Source of the DNA: Selaginella moellendorffii
Taxonomy: Eukaryota > Plantae > Lycopodiophyta
DNA length: 64,000 nucleotides
NCBI RefSeq assembly: GCF_000143415.4
Contig: NW_003314264.1
Location: 2,427,710 to 2,491,709, forward strand
Direction of reading: 5' to 3'
Shown one piece after another: positions 36,710 through 47,285 of this stretch. A program made the translations under genes and the position numbers. The notes beneath the pieces are model-generated. The model had not been told where the DNA came from. It worked only from the letters and a program-made list of their open reading frames with translations, and ran no database searches. How positions within the stretch are numbered: the first letter of the stretch is position 1; every line of letters begins with the position of its first letter.

Positions 36710-38151
36710 TCATGTGTTAAACTTGTGGCGGTCGTGTGGAGTGGAGTAGTCGATGACGCTTCCAACAGGGATGACGCCATACGGATTGATGGAGGGATGA
36801 CTTCCGTAGTAGTGCTTTTTGATGTGGTCCATGCGGACGGTGTCCGAGATCCGATCCATCTGGTACACGTCCTTGACGAAGTTGAAGAGGTTTGGGTACT
36901 CACGGATCAGCTTCTTGTTGCACTTGAAATGAACAACATAAACCTGGCATAGGTAATGAATTTGAATAAAACTTCGAGAGAAAGCAAGAAAAAAAACACC
37001 CCAGAGCTTACTTCGTCGAATCTTATCAGCGTCTTGAAGAGCCGGAGATCTGCCTCGGTGAAAACGTTTCCGCACAGATACCTCTGCTTTGAGAGGATAT
37101 CCTCGCAGCGATCCAGCGCATTGAACAGAGCCTCAAACGCCTGCGACAAGTAAAAGAACTTGGATTCATAAGAAAAACTAAAGAAGAAAAGTTCTGAAGA
37201 TTTACCTCCTCATAAGGCTTCTGCTTGGTTGCAAAGCCACAGCGATAAACTCCGTTGTTGATGGAGTCATACACCCAAGCGTTCACTTCATCAATCTTGG
37301 CCTGGAGATCTCTCGGGTAAAGGTCGAAATCGGGACGCTTTGCAAGATGGTTGAACTCGCTGTTGAGCATGCGGATGATATCAGAGCTCTCATTGTTCAC
37401 GATAGTTTTCTTTGCTTTGTCCCAAAGAACCTGTTTACGTCAGGCAATCAAGCTGTGAAAACCTTGAAGGGAAAGAAAGAAACGAAGAAAGAAAGGAAGC
37501 GAGTACTCACGGGAACAGTGTACTTTCCAGTGTAGTTTGGATTGGCGATGTCGTAAAGTTCACGGACAGTCTTGGCATCGTTTATGGGGTCAGGCTGAGC
37601 ACCAGGTTCCTCGTTGTCAGAGGAAGGAAACGTCCATCCAAAGTGACTCTCGCCTTCTTTGGTTCTCTCCCACTTTGGTTTTGTGGACTACACGTTACGA
37701 GAGAAAGGTGTGAAGATCATCCTCAAGAAAACAAAAGAAGAAGCTTCTAGCACTTAGAATTGTCCAAAGCAACAAGGATACACGCCAACCATATGAAGCA
37801 CAAGAATCGAAGAAAACAACACTTAGTTGTCACAAACAAACCATATGAAACACAGGAAATCGAAGAAAACGCTAGCTTCATGCAAGCGCGAGAAAGCTTC
37901 TAACTTCCAAAAGAAAGAAGGAAATTTCTTTGACATACCGTGACGCCAATAGCATGGTCTAAGCCCTTGAGCTTGAGCGTAGCGAAGCACCGGGAAGCCC
38001 AGGGACACGCATACGAGATGTAGAGATGGTACCTATCGGCCACGGCCGGAATATCACACCCTTCTTTGCTAGAAATCCAGCTGCGAAACGATGACTCGGT
38101 GCGCTTGAATTCCCCATCCGTCGATGTCTCATCGATCGCCGTCTTTCCCAT
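36710..38151 (-). CDS. Glutathionyl-hydroquinone reductase, copy 3, apparently intact
   Basis: Same exons as copy 1, including CPWA. Only intronic indels and a G>R substitution were seen. Confidence 0.88.
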
Positions 38152-38321
38152 CGCTCGTCCAGCTCCAAATCGCCTCTTCTGGATCCGAGCGGCAAATCGC
38201 AGTGATCCTCTGGCGATCCCGACGGAGAGAGCCGCCAGATTGACTTCCTGTTGCCCGCAACGTGGCAAGCATTTCTTTTCTACTGCGATTTGGATTACTT
38301 TGGGCTCTGGTTTTTAGGGTT

Positions 38322-40098
38322 ATGATGCTGGGAGCTGCCCGGCGATGGCGATGGCGTCTCCCGGCGTGGAATCTGGGAAGCAGGAGCTTGTATTCCACGC
38401 TCATGGGTATGTTCTTGCGAAATGTAGGTGGATTGGAGACATGGATTTTCTATCTCCAGACAAGCATGCGCCCATTCCCGACGATATTTTGCGAATTTTG
38501 GAGAAGAGAATGAGCTCTATTGAAGACCGCCATGCTTGTCTTTCCAAAGCGCTTCTAGAGGTAAAGTGTAGATTCGGATTTCGTCCTTGAAAATACGATC
38601 GTGAATGATTTCAGCCTGGGATTGCGTCAGAAAAGCTCATCAAGATGAACAAGGAGCTTCGCAATCTGGATTACTCCGTGGATATGATCAAGGCGCTGAG
38701 AGCCAAAGAAAAGGTTTGACGTCTAAAGTTTGGAAAAAAGAGACTCTTTGGTTGAATGCAGGAAGTAATTGGCTTGAAAGAATTGGTCAAAGAGTCCGTT
38801 GAAGACGAAGAAATGCGTAGGCTGGCCTCTGGAGAACTTCAAACGGCCACCAGAGAAGTGAGAGATGCTCAGCACGATGTTCTCCTGGAGCTTATTCCTA
38901 AGGATGAAGCTGATAGCAGAGGTTATATTCTCGAAGTCAGAGCAGGCAAGTGCAACCCATAAGCTTGATGTTTGATATGTTTTATCTAATTTTTAGGAGC
39001 TGGAGGTGACGAAGCGTCAATTTTTGCGTCTGATCTCTTCAAGATGTAGGCACGTCTTTCTGGTTCATGTCGAATGCTTATTGGATTTCTATGAATGCTC
39101 TCAGGTATGAGAAATACGCTGCAAACAACTCATGGAGGTTTGAAGTTCTGAGCATTACTACCACCGACACCTGAGGTTACAAGGTAACTATCCGGTTCTC
39201 CACCGGCGTATCTGAGCTTGTCTTTATAGGAGGCTAGTGCTGTAATATCTGGAGATGGTGTTTATGGAGCTCTGAAGTTCGAAAGTGGCGTTCATCGCGT
39301 CCAGGTACGAAAGTAATTACCGTGGTTTCATTTTTTTTATATGCATCCGTGTGCAGCGTGTTCCTGTCACTGAGAAGGCTGGGCGTATACACACAAGTAC
39401 TGCGTCAGTCGCTATTCTTCCCGAAGCGAATGAGGTTCACTCCAGGTTTACTAAACCTTTGCACTTGCATAGACCATTGATACATGTTTTTTTTTTCTCG
39501 TTTTTCTGTTGCTGAAGTTTGACTATGCTGACAGGTTGATGTCGAGATCCGTAATGACGAGATAAAGATAGACACTTACCGAGCTGGTGGAGCCGGTGGA
39601 CAGCATGTAAATACTACCTGCAGCGCAGTCCGAGTTACCCACGCTCCAACAGGTATCGTGGTCGCAATCCAAGACGAACGCTCTCAACACAAGGTAGGCC
39701 CTTCAACACGCGTGCTTTGCTACAACTGAGCTGAGATTGTATAGAACAAAGCAAAAGCTTTGAGTATTTTATATGCTAGGCTGTACGAGCTCGAGCGGTC
39801 CCGAGCAGTGGCAAGTCGGTCTGAATTACGACAAGATCAGGTAATTCAGTTTATTGTCGCAGAACGTTATTTTTTCTACTTTTATAAATTGTCACTCCAG
39901 ATTGGCTCAAGCGACAGATCGGAGCGCATAAGAACGTATAACTTTCCCCAAGGTCGGGTAACTGATCATCGAGTGGGAGTGACGCAACACGCGATTGAGC
40001 AAATTATGGAGGGGATTGGTCTGGAAATTTTTGTGAATGCGCTCAAGATGCAGCACGAAGCGAGCGCTTTGGCGTCGCTCAAAGCTGCAGCAGCTTGA
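38322..40098 (+). pseudogene. prfA: Release factor 1, copy 3, with a nonsense mutation
   Basis: ACC TGA GGT at 39172-39174 where copies 1 and 2 have ACC CGA GGT (T-R-G); otherwise complete. Confidence 0.85.
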
Positions 40099-40293
40099 CT
40101 ACCCATAAGTTTCACTGTTTTTTTTTCTTCCTATGTTATTTTTACCGTGTCAGATGTTGACAATTGGAAGCATTTGTTTGAACGTCAGGTGAGTGTTCCA
40201 TTATAAATGGCAACAGCACTGACTTGTTTCCATGCACAGGACCGTCATCGGATCAATGTGCGTGGTCAACATCTTGGTCAGTAGCAGAGGAGG

Positions 40294-41013
40294 ATGGTTC
40301 ATGAAATGACAGCTGCCGATGGGACGCTACGGGTGGTTTCTTTTCCTTGGTGCATTAAGTTCCGGAGCGTTTGCAAGAATCTCTTGAAGCGGATGAAACT
40401 CATCGGTAGAAGGTCGTCAATTCGTGGGGTGCTGGTGAAGAGCAGCAGCAACAAGCACAGGATCAGTTGGAGAGCGAGCTTTGCATACAGGCAGCAGCAG
40501 AAGCAAAAGCTCAAGAAGTCGGGAAGCAGTTTATGGTCGTTTAGTGGCTACAGCAAACTCAAGAACAGCTGCACGGAAGCTTTAGATCGCCAGGAAGTCA
40601 TCCACCGCAACTTAGAGGACTCTCAGGCTTCGTCCAGCAGCTTCTCGTTCAAGAATGATGCGGAGGACCTTGGGCATGGCAAAGGCAAGAAGATTTTGTC
40701 ACCGCATCCTGGCGTGCAGCGCAGTGAGGCTATGAAGCTCAAATCGAGGTGGGACGAAGTGGTGGAGATGGTTGTAGCGGACAGCTTTGATGATTTGGTG
40801 GACTTGGAGGAATTTCTGGGCTACTATATGCTGCTCAATTGCCCCGTCTTTCGAGCCATGGTGCAGAGGTTTTTTAGCGAGTTTTGTGTGGAGTTTTGCG
40901 AGGACGAGGAGCTTCTAGCTGTCAGCCTGTTCATCCCAGAAATGCAGGATTTTCCCTCTTTTGGGAATTCTTCTGAAAGGGAATTAGAATGCTTGCCGCC
41001 ATCGCCTTGCTAG
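40294..41013 (+). CDS. OVATE-family-like protein (divergent, OFP17/19-like), intact, 239 aa
   Basis: C-terminal EVVEMVVA...LVDLEEFLGYYMLLNCPVFRAMVQRFF resembles the OVATE/DUF623 domain. Basic N-terminus; intronless. Confidence 0.65.
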   Translation: MVHEMTAADGTLRVVSFPWCIKFRSVCKNLLKRMKLIGRRSSIRGVLVKSSSNKHRISWRASFAYRQQQKQKLKKSGSSLWSFSGYSKLKNSCTEALDRQEVIHRNLEDSQASSSSFSFKNDAEDLGHGKGKKILSPHPGVQRSEAMKLKSRWDEVVEMVVADSFDDLVDLEEFLGYYMLLNCPVFRAMVQRFFSEFCVEFCEDEELLAVSLFIPEMQDFPSFGNSSERELECLPPSPC

Positions 41014-41647
41014 TTTAAAGGAATAACGTTTCTAGGAAAAAAGAAAAAACATCGTTAGTAAAGCATATTTTCACCACCATGACTTTTACTTTACATTTTA
41101 AAAGTTTCTAAAATATTAAATAGTCTTACCTCCATAAAGGTTTGAATAAACAATAGATTAGTTTTGGTTTAAACCAGACGAAAAGGTCGCCTCACAAGAA
41201 AAAAGTACCAGTCACTGAAAGTTTCACCTCTCCTCATCTCTCAGGAATCCACCTCTTTTGGTTTAAGCTTAATTTCGCCACAACCAGCTTGCTCTTGCTG
41301 CTCCGCCCAGCACGAGTTTGTGCTAGCCCGCACAACAAAAACAAAATAGATTTTGCCCTTGTTGTAAACTCTGTACGGATCAGCAGGAAATCTGATCCAG
41401 ACGATAATCTTGTTGTGGGCTAGTGACATGGATTAAGTGGTCTAAAGTCTCTTCCGTACTAAAGCCTTAAAAAGATTTTCACAGAAGTTTAAGTTAAAAC
41501 AGGATGCCTCATGGATTCTTGCGCAGATTTCACTCAACTTTACATTCCAACAAATATTCTGATACTGTATCAGAATATTTGTTTGAATGTAAAGTATATT
41601 TTCATCGCCCTTAACAGCATACCTAGATTATTTGGTAGTCAGTAAAA

Positions 41648-42673
41648 ATGACAGAAATGAGAGACGTGCTAGTCAAGGACATCCATCATCTCCAAAACTA
41701 CCCAGTTTTTGGTTCACAGACATCACAGCAGGCTTTTGTTACGTTTGGGAGCGTGGGGGAGCTCATGGCCTTCTTGCGACAGCAGCACCCGCTCTGCCCA
41801 CACGGCTGCGATAGCTCGGCACTCACCAAGTTTGACTATTTCGAAAACCACATGCTGATCCAGCCGCGCTACAAGTGCACGGTGTGCAAACGGCACTTCA
41901 CCCTGGGTGGCACAATACGAGCGAAACGAGCCAAGAAAGAAGATGGCGGTCGTCCAAGGAAGAGACCCAAGAAGGAGCAGCAGCAGAACAAGTCAAGGGG
42001 GCAGTGTCTTCCTCGCGAGATGTTGCCTTCGCCGATGATTCCATCGGCCGCAACCAGTGGGAGTCGCGGTTGTGCATCCCCGCGCAGGGCAAGTCGCGGA
42101 GCTTCGAGGAGAACGGCGAGGCCATCACCAAGCACTACAGGTCAATGCCCTAGTCAACTCGTGGTCCGGGATCAGTCGTTGCCAGTCAACGCCTGTGACC
42201 TCGAGGGATACGTGCAAGACGAGGAGATCTTCCAGGAGGTTGAGAAATTGTGGTGTAAAATGGATTTGGAGGACAAGGGTCCTTCTGTGGAGGACGAGGA
42301 GAAGAACTTTCTCAAGGATTTCAATGTCGATGATGGTGATGATCTAGATTTACTACTGGGTCTTGAGGAGTTCAGCCGGGAGTTCAGCGACCAACAGGGC
42401 CAGGGCACCCGATTCGATTTGGGCGAGGAGCAAAACAATTTTGCCATGGAGCTGGTGCGGCAAATGGAGGAAGAACTTCCCATCCCAGTAGTAGATGAGG
42501 AGAATGATTTCGCCATGGAGTTGGAGCGGGAAATTGAGGAAGCATCTATGAAAGCAAAGGAACAAGCAATGCTTGTATGGAAGGACGAAGTGAGTAAAAT
42601 TCGAAATCAAGACAATCTCACATTCACCACAAATCACATTGGTTTTGGAGGTGCCCAAACTCTTAAATGCTGA
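41648..42673 (+). CDS. Atypical Dof-like zinc-finger protein, copy 3 (341 aa)
   Basis: Intact ORF; indels relative to the other copies are in frame. Confidence 0.75.
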   Translation: MTEMRDVLVKDIHHLQNYPVFGSQTSQQAFVTFGSVGELMAFLRQQHPLCPHGCDSSALTKFDYFENHMLIQPRYKCTVCKRHFTLGGTIRAKRAKKEDGGRPRKRPKKEQQQNKSRGQCLPREMLPSPMIPSAATSGSRGCASPRRASRGASRRTARPSPSTTGQCPSQLVVRDQSLPVNACDLEGYVQDEEIFQEVEKLWCKMDLEDKGPSVEDEEKNFLKDFNVDDGDDLDLLLGLEEFSREFSDQQGQGTRFDLGEEQNNFAMELVRQMEEELPIPVVDEENDFAMELEREIEEASMKAKEQAMLVWKDEVSKIRNQDNLTFTTNHIGFGGAQTLKC

Positions 42674-43002
42674 TCGATCAGCAAAAAATGGATGATAAAT
42701 GAAAAGCATTAGTGAATAGAAGTAATTTTGTTTTTGGAACAAGTTCATTACATTATTTGTTTTTCGGTGAAGAGTTTTTCATGAAAAAAGACTCACCCAT
42801 CCCTTGTGAAAGAAAGAAAAAAAGAAATTAGGGCGAATTAGGTCTCCATAAGGTCGTCCCCGGAGGCAGAGGAGCCGGGATGCTGTGATTGTCAACCGAG
42901 CAGGTATTCTGGTGGCACCAATCGCGCCCTCGCCGACAATGCAGCGATCGTCCTAGCGATCGATCGATCGATCGATCGCTCGCTCCGGAGAAGAGCAGAG
43001 AA

Positions 43003-44421
43003 ATGATCTGGGCAGGATTCGCGTACGCCGCGGGCGCCGCGATCGGCCACAGCTGCATCGATGCCAGCAGGAAATGGGCGTCCCAGCGCTTCTCGGACCG
43101 CGAGCTCGTAGCTCTGGTGGCTCTCCTGGACGCGCTGCTCCTCTCCTCCATGGCGCTCCTCTCCGGCGGCTTCGATCTCTTCTCTTTGACGCGGCTGGAC
43201 ACCGAGTACGTCGCCGCGCTCCTCGTCACCGCGGCGATCAAGGCTCTGGTGGGGTTCATGTACCAGCGTGCTCTCCACGTCTCCCCTCTCTCGGTCACTG
43301 TTCCTTATCTAGCTTTCACTCCAGTTCTTCTGGTTTTTACGAGCTATGTGATCATCAACGAGCTCCCGAGCTCGCAGGGGCTCATGGGAATCGTGGTGGT
43401 CACTCTCGGCGGCTACTTCCTCGCGCTGGATCACCCGGCGGAGGTGGAGGTGAAGAAATCCGACGAGCCCCCGGGCAAGATCGTCTCGGTTCTTCCTTTG
43501 CTTCCTTGGAACTCGTCCAAGGCTTGTGACAAGGTCCCAAAGTTTTCCACCGATGGCGATGGTGTCGTGTTGGATCTCAGTGAGAAGAACTCCCCTCCGG
43601 TGGCGATTCCTGGAGGGAATTCTTCCTGGTGGCCACAGATTCAATGGTAAAGATTTCTCTCTCTCTCTTTTTTCGCTTTTCCTGTTCTAAAGTTTGCAAA
43701 AGGGAAGAGGGGACGCTCCTCATGCTGGGTGTTGCAGCGTTACTGAGCATAAGTAACAGGTTCGTTTTCTCGAGATTCATTTATGGCTTCTTAGCTCCAT
43801 TGTCTTTGCAGCCTTGACAAAATGGCTGGTCACTTGGCACCATCGCTTCTCAATTTTGCTGCTCTCCAACGAGGCTTTACGGCCGTTCCCGTGGTTTTAT
43901 ATCTACTTGTCACAAGGTTGGCTTGTTTATCTCTCTCAGGTGATAGCTTGGCTGACTCCTGCGTTCTCTTTTACAGCCCAAAGTCATTCTCGCTTTTGAT
44001 TCACTTCTTTCCAGTGCTGCTGGCCATCTCTCTGTTTGAGGTCGTAGCCTTCATTTGCTACCTCAAGAGCTTGGAGATCCTGCTCGTCTCGTACGCTGTT
44101 GCGGTAAGCAATCTCTTCCTGCCTCTCTTTGTTTTCTCTTTTCTCCACTTCTTTGGTCTTTTCTCTCCTTTGTTTCTGGCTCAAGAAAAGCAAACCGGGG
44201 ACTTTTCTAATGCGGACTTTGAGTGCAGGCTAAGCGCAGCAACGTGCTACTCTCAGTTTTGATAGGAAGAGTGGTGTTCAAGGTAGCAAATGGTCGTCCC
44301 GCAGCTTTTGAAATTGTCTTCCTTTTGACTCGTTTGACGTCCTTTGCAGGAAAAGATATGGAGGCGATTGCCATTCATTTTGATGATGGTTGGCGGAATG
44401 ACGCTTATTTTGCTGGCTTAA
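43003..44421 (+). CDS. EamA/DMT-superfamily membrane transporter, complete copy
   Basis: Multiple TM segments; ALHVSPLSVTVPYLAFTPV, NELPS..GLMGI, LVSYAVAAKRSNVLLSVLIG...FKEK. Five exons splice to TAA at 44419-44421. Confidence 0.85.
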
Positions 44422-44536
44422 AGCGAATTTCGTTGGTAAACCCTAAACCCTGAACAAAAGGAGAAGAAAATTCTTGTAGTTGGAACTGTGGATATATCTT
44501 GTAAAAACTAGTCATTCTATTTCCTAGGGTTAGGTT

Positions 44537-45046
44537 ATGGGAGCACTGGGCTGGACAAGGGCGCATTTTCTTCCCCCTCTCCCTCCCTCGCCATCGCGGC
44601 ACAAGAATTCGCTCTTCTTGGTAAATGGGAGAAATGCGCCCGCGAGGAGGAGCCGGTTACGCTCCCAGTCGTCATCCAAGCAGGAATCTGGCGCAGAGGA
44701 ATCCGCGCGCATCGCGCCTCTTGACTTGCCGGTCCAGGAAGGATCCCAGGAATCCCAGGACTCCTCAGCACAGGGCGAGCTTCAACAAGCTCGCGGGCAG
44801 CAGGAGCAGCAAGAAATTGGCGAAGCTCTGCGGAAGCTGAGAAAGCAGGCCGCGCCATCGCCAAGCTCGGTGGGATTTTGGGAGGGATTGGCGCAGGAGA
44901 TTGGGATGATCGAGTGGCCAAATCCGGGCAAAGTGTTTGGGACCACGGTGGTAGTCCTTAGCATCATCTTTGCTTCCTCAATCGTGCTGCTCACTGTAAA
45001 TTTCCTCCTGGCTGAGCTCTCGGACGTAGTCTTCAAGACCCAATAG
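44537..45046 (+). CDS. SECE1: Plastid preprotein translocase subunit SecE
   Basis: Transit-peptide-like N-terminus; FWEGLAQEIGMIEWPNPGKVFGTTVVVL...TVNFLLAELSD. Confidence 0.9.
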   Translation: MGALGWTRAHFLPPLPPSPSRHKNSLFLVNGRNAPARRSRLRSQSSSKQESGAEESARIAPLDLPVQEGSQESQDSSAQGELQQARGQQEQQEIGEALRKLRKQAAPSPSSVGFWEGLAQEIGMIEWPNPGKVFGTTVVVLSIIFASSIVLLTVNFLLAELSDVVFKTQ

Positions 45047-45398
45047 AGATAACGCGCCAATGAGGTGGCACCGCGTGGCGCCTTTCATGCTGACACGGCT
45101 GCTGTGTCATCATCAATTTTGCCACCTTTTGGAAAAACAAAGCTTTGCCTCAAAATTTTCTTTTCGCAATTCTCACAGAAAATCCACAGTAAAAACCTGC
45201 GAGTGTACAATCTTGGAAAAACCGCGTTGTTTCTTTATATATGTATTTACGTATGTTGTTGAAACTCTTCTTCTAGTAGGATTGTTGTTGGTCGATCGTT
45301 GTCTCGCTCTCCAAGAACCAAAAAAAAAAAAAAAAAACACAAAAAAAATCCTCCTCTCAGGGGAAAAGGAGAAGAGAAAGCAATACCTCCACAGCGAT

Positions 45399-46744
45399 TC
45401 ACTCGATATAAGATAGGATCGATCGTCGCTGATACTCTGGAGAAGTGACAGCAGCGCTGTTGTGTCTGCCTCTGGATTGAGCTCGAGCTGCCGTGGCCGG
45501 GGCGCATCTGTCCATCGCCAGACACGCTTTTGTCCGCTTGAGCTGTTCGTAGCATCCCTTTCTATCCGCCACCACACCACTGTTATTGTACCTGTTGTTG
45601 TTTGTGGTGGTGTTCTTGGAGGACCCATCACTGGCACGAACAGCCGCTGCCCTGTCCGATCCTGGCCCCAGCAATCCTATCTCTCTGTCGTAAGGCGAGA
45701 GCCACTTGGCGGAGACGTAGTCGAAGGTCCTCCATGGCGGCAAGTGCATCGCGTTCTGCTTGAGCGAGAACTTGGCGGCGTCAGACATCACCTGTAAGAC
45801 CTGGCGCAGCCTCCGAGGGGTGGCGACCAGGGGCGTGGGGAGAATCCTCACGGCCGCCTTGTAGCTCTGGATCGGCCGGGCAATCTCGAAGTGCGACTGG
45901 AAGTCGAGGTCCACAATGAGGCGCTCGGGGGAGGAGTCCGAGCCGGGTGGCGGGGAGGTTTCGACGTCGATGTACTCGTACTCGCCTGGAAAGATGGGCC
46001 ACGAAGAAGTTTGTGAGTTGCGAGTGACTTAAGTTGTGTGTGAGATACCTACCTCCAGGAACTCGTCCCACGCTCTGCCATCGCGACTTGCAGATTCCAG
46101 CGTCGTACCCGGCTTTTCGCAGGCGTTTCACAAGAAAGGAGCGGAGGCAGCGGCCCTTGCAATCAATTCCGCGGTGGCATAAGCCATCCATCCGGTCCTC
46201 GGTCATGGAACACAAGATGCGGATCACCGCGCTGCGCAACTCTTTTTCAACGGGTGACGCGGTCGAGATAAAAGCCTGCATTGGAAAAACGCCAAGGGAA
46301 AGAATGTCAAAAACTTGTGGTGGCAGTGGCAGCAGGAGTAAAGAAGAAAATAAAATACCACCCTCTTACCTTGAGTTTTTCAAAGAAGACTGCGAACCCG
46401 GTGGGTGTTGGGGACTCTTTGTCGCTGCTATCATAGCCATCGGCCCCGTTTTCCATGAAATCGTGAACCATGGCCGCCAAATCATTCTCGCTGTCGCTGC
46501 TGCTCATAAGAACAGTGGCGGGGCCATGTATCGTCGTTGGAGCCGCCGCAACCGCCACGAGTTTGGAGCGTGATTTGCTTCGGGCAGCTTGAATTTCCGG
46601 CTGGCAATTTCTGATCGCCACCAAAGGAATGCGGCGTGACGAATCCAGATGATCGGGCCTTCGCTGCCAATAATCCCTGTCCCTGCCTCCAAACAGCAGC
46701 GCGTCGGCCTCGATCGCTGGAGAGGCGTAGGGAATGCCAGGCAT
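45399..46744 (-). CDS. DUF506 (plant PD-(D/E)XK-like) family protein
   Basis: DLAAMVHDFMEN; LRKAGYDAGICKSRW...GEYEYIDV; DFQSHFEIARP; SLKQNAMHLPPWR...AKWLSPY. Three exons. Confidence 0.9.
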
Positions 46745-47158
46745 CGTGACGCGAGAATGGAGCAAATCCAGGGCCTGGATCCCTGAAATTCTACCAAAAT
46801 TTTCCTAGGAGATCATCACTCGCGGCGACGGCGGCGAATTCCGGCATCCATACCTGGCAATTGATCTCAATTGCGGGGAAATGCCGGCTACCGCGGAGGA
46901 ATCACGGGCAATCGACTGCGCGCCATGGTTTCTCGATCGTCCGAGAGAGCCCCAAGGCGCAAGCCCTAAAAAATGCGCCTCTCCAGGCAAGACTCGAGAC
47001 AAAGAATGGAAGCACTTTGCAAGTGTGCGCCTTTAAATAGTGGTTTCCGTTTAATGCGGTTTCCACTTTCGTTATTTGAACGGAGAGATTTTTGAAAGTT
47101 TCTTTGTCCGCGTAGCGCATCACCTAATATCATCTGTTAGACGTTTTTAACTCGAATT

Positions 47159-47163
47159 GCGGG

Positions 47164-47206
<43 letters not shown>

Positions 47207-47231
47207 GCGTGTTCGATCCACGCTCACCGCA
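47159..47231 (+). tRNA. tRNA-Phe(GAA)
   Basis: GCGGGGATAGCTCAGTTGGGAGAGCGTCAGACTGAAGATCTGAAGGTCGCGTGTTCGATCCACGCTCACCGCA, the canonical plant cytosolic tRNA-Phe, with T-rich sequence downstream. Confidence 0.97.
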
Positions 47232-47285
47232 ACGTTTATATTTTCGAATGTTTAAATTTTTTTTTGCGGTAAGAATTTAGGGCTT

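Larger units (their letters stand above)
27259..43964. repeat. Tandem segmental duplication, copy 3 (contains Gypsy B and a Cassandra); ends inside the intact EamA gene
   Basis: The junction at 27258/27259 is identical to that at 59/60. Homology ends at 43964, where the EamA intron continues as unique sequence (GCGT|TCTCTTTTACAG). Confidence 0.97.

Noticed and set aside
1-43964. Tandem array as a haplotype assembly artefact
   Set aside because: At least four units are implied, each with private indels and TE insertions, and they are joined by precise, repeated chimeric junctions.
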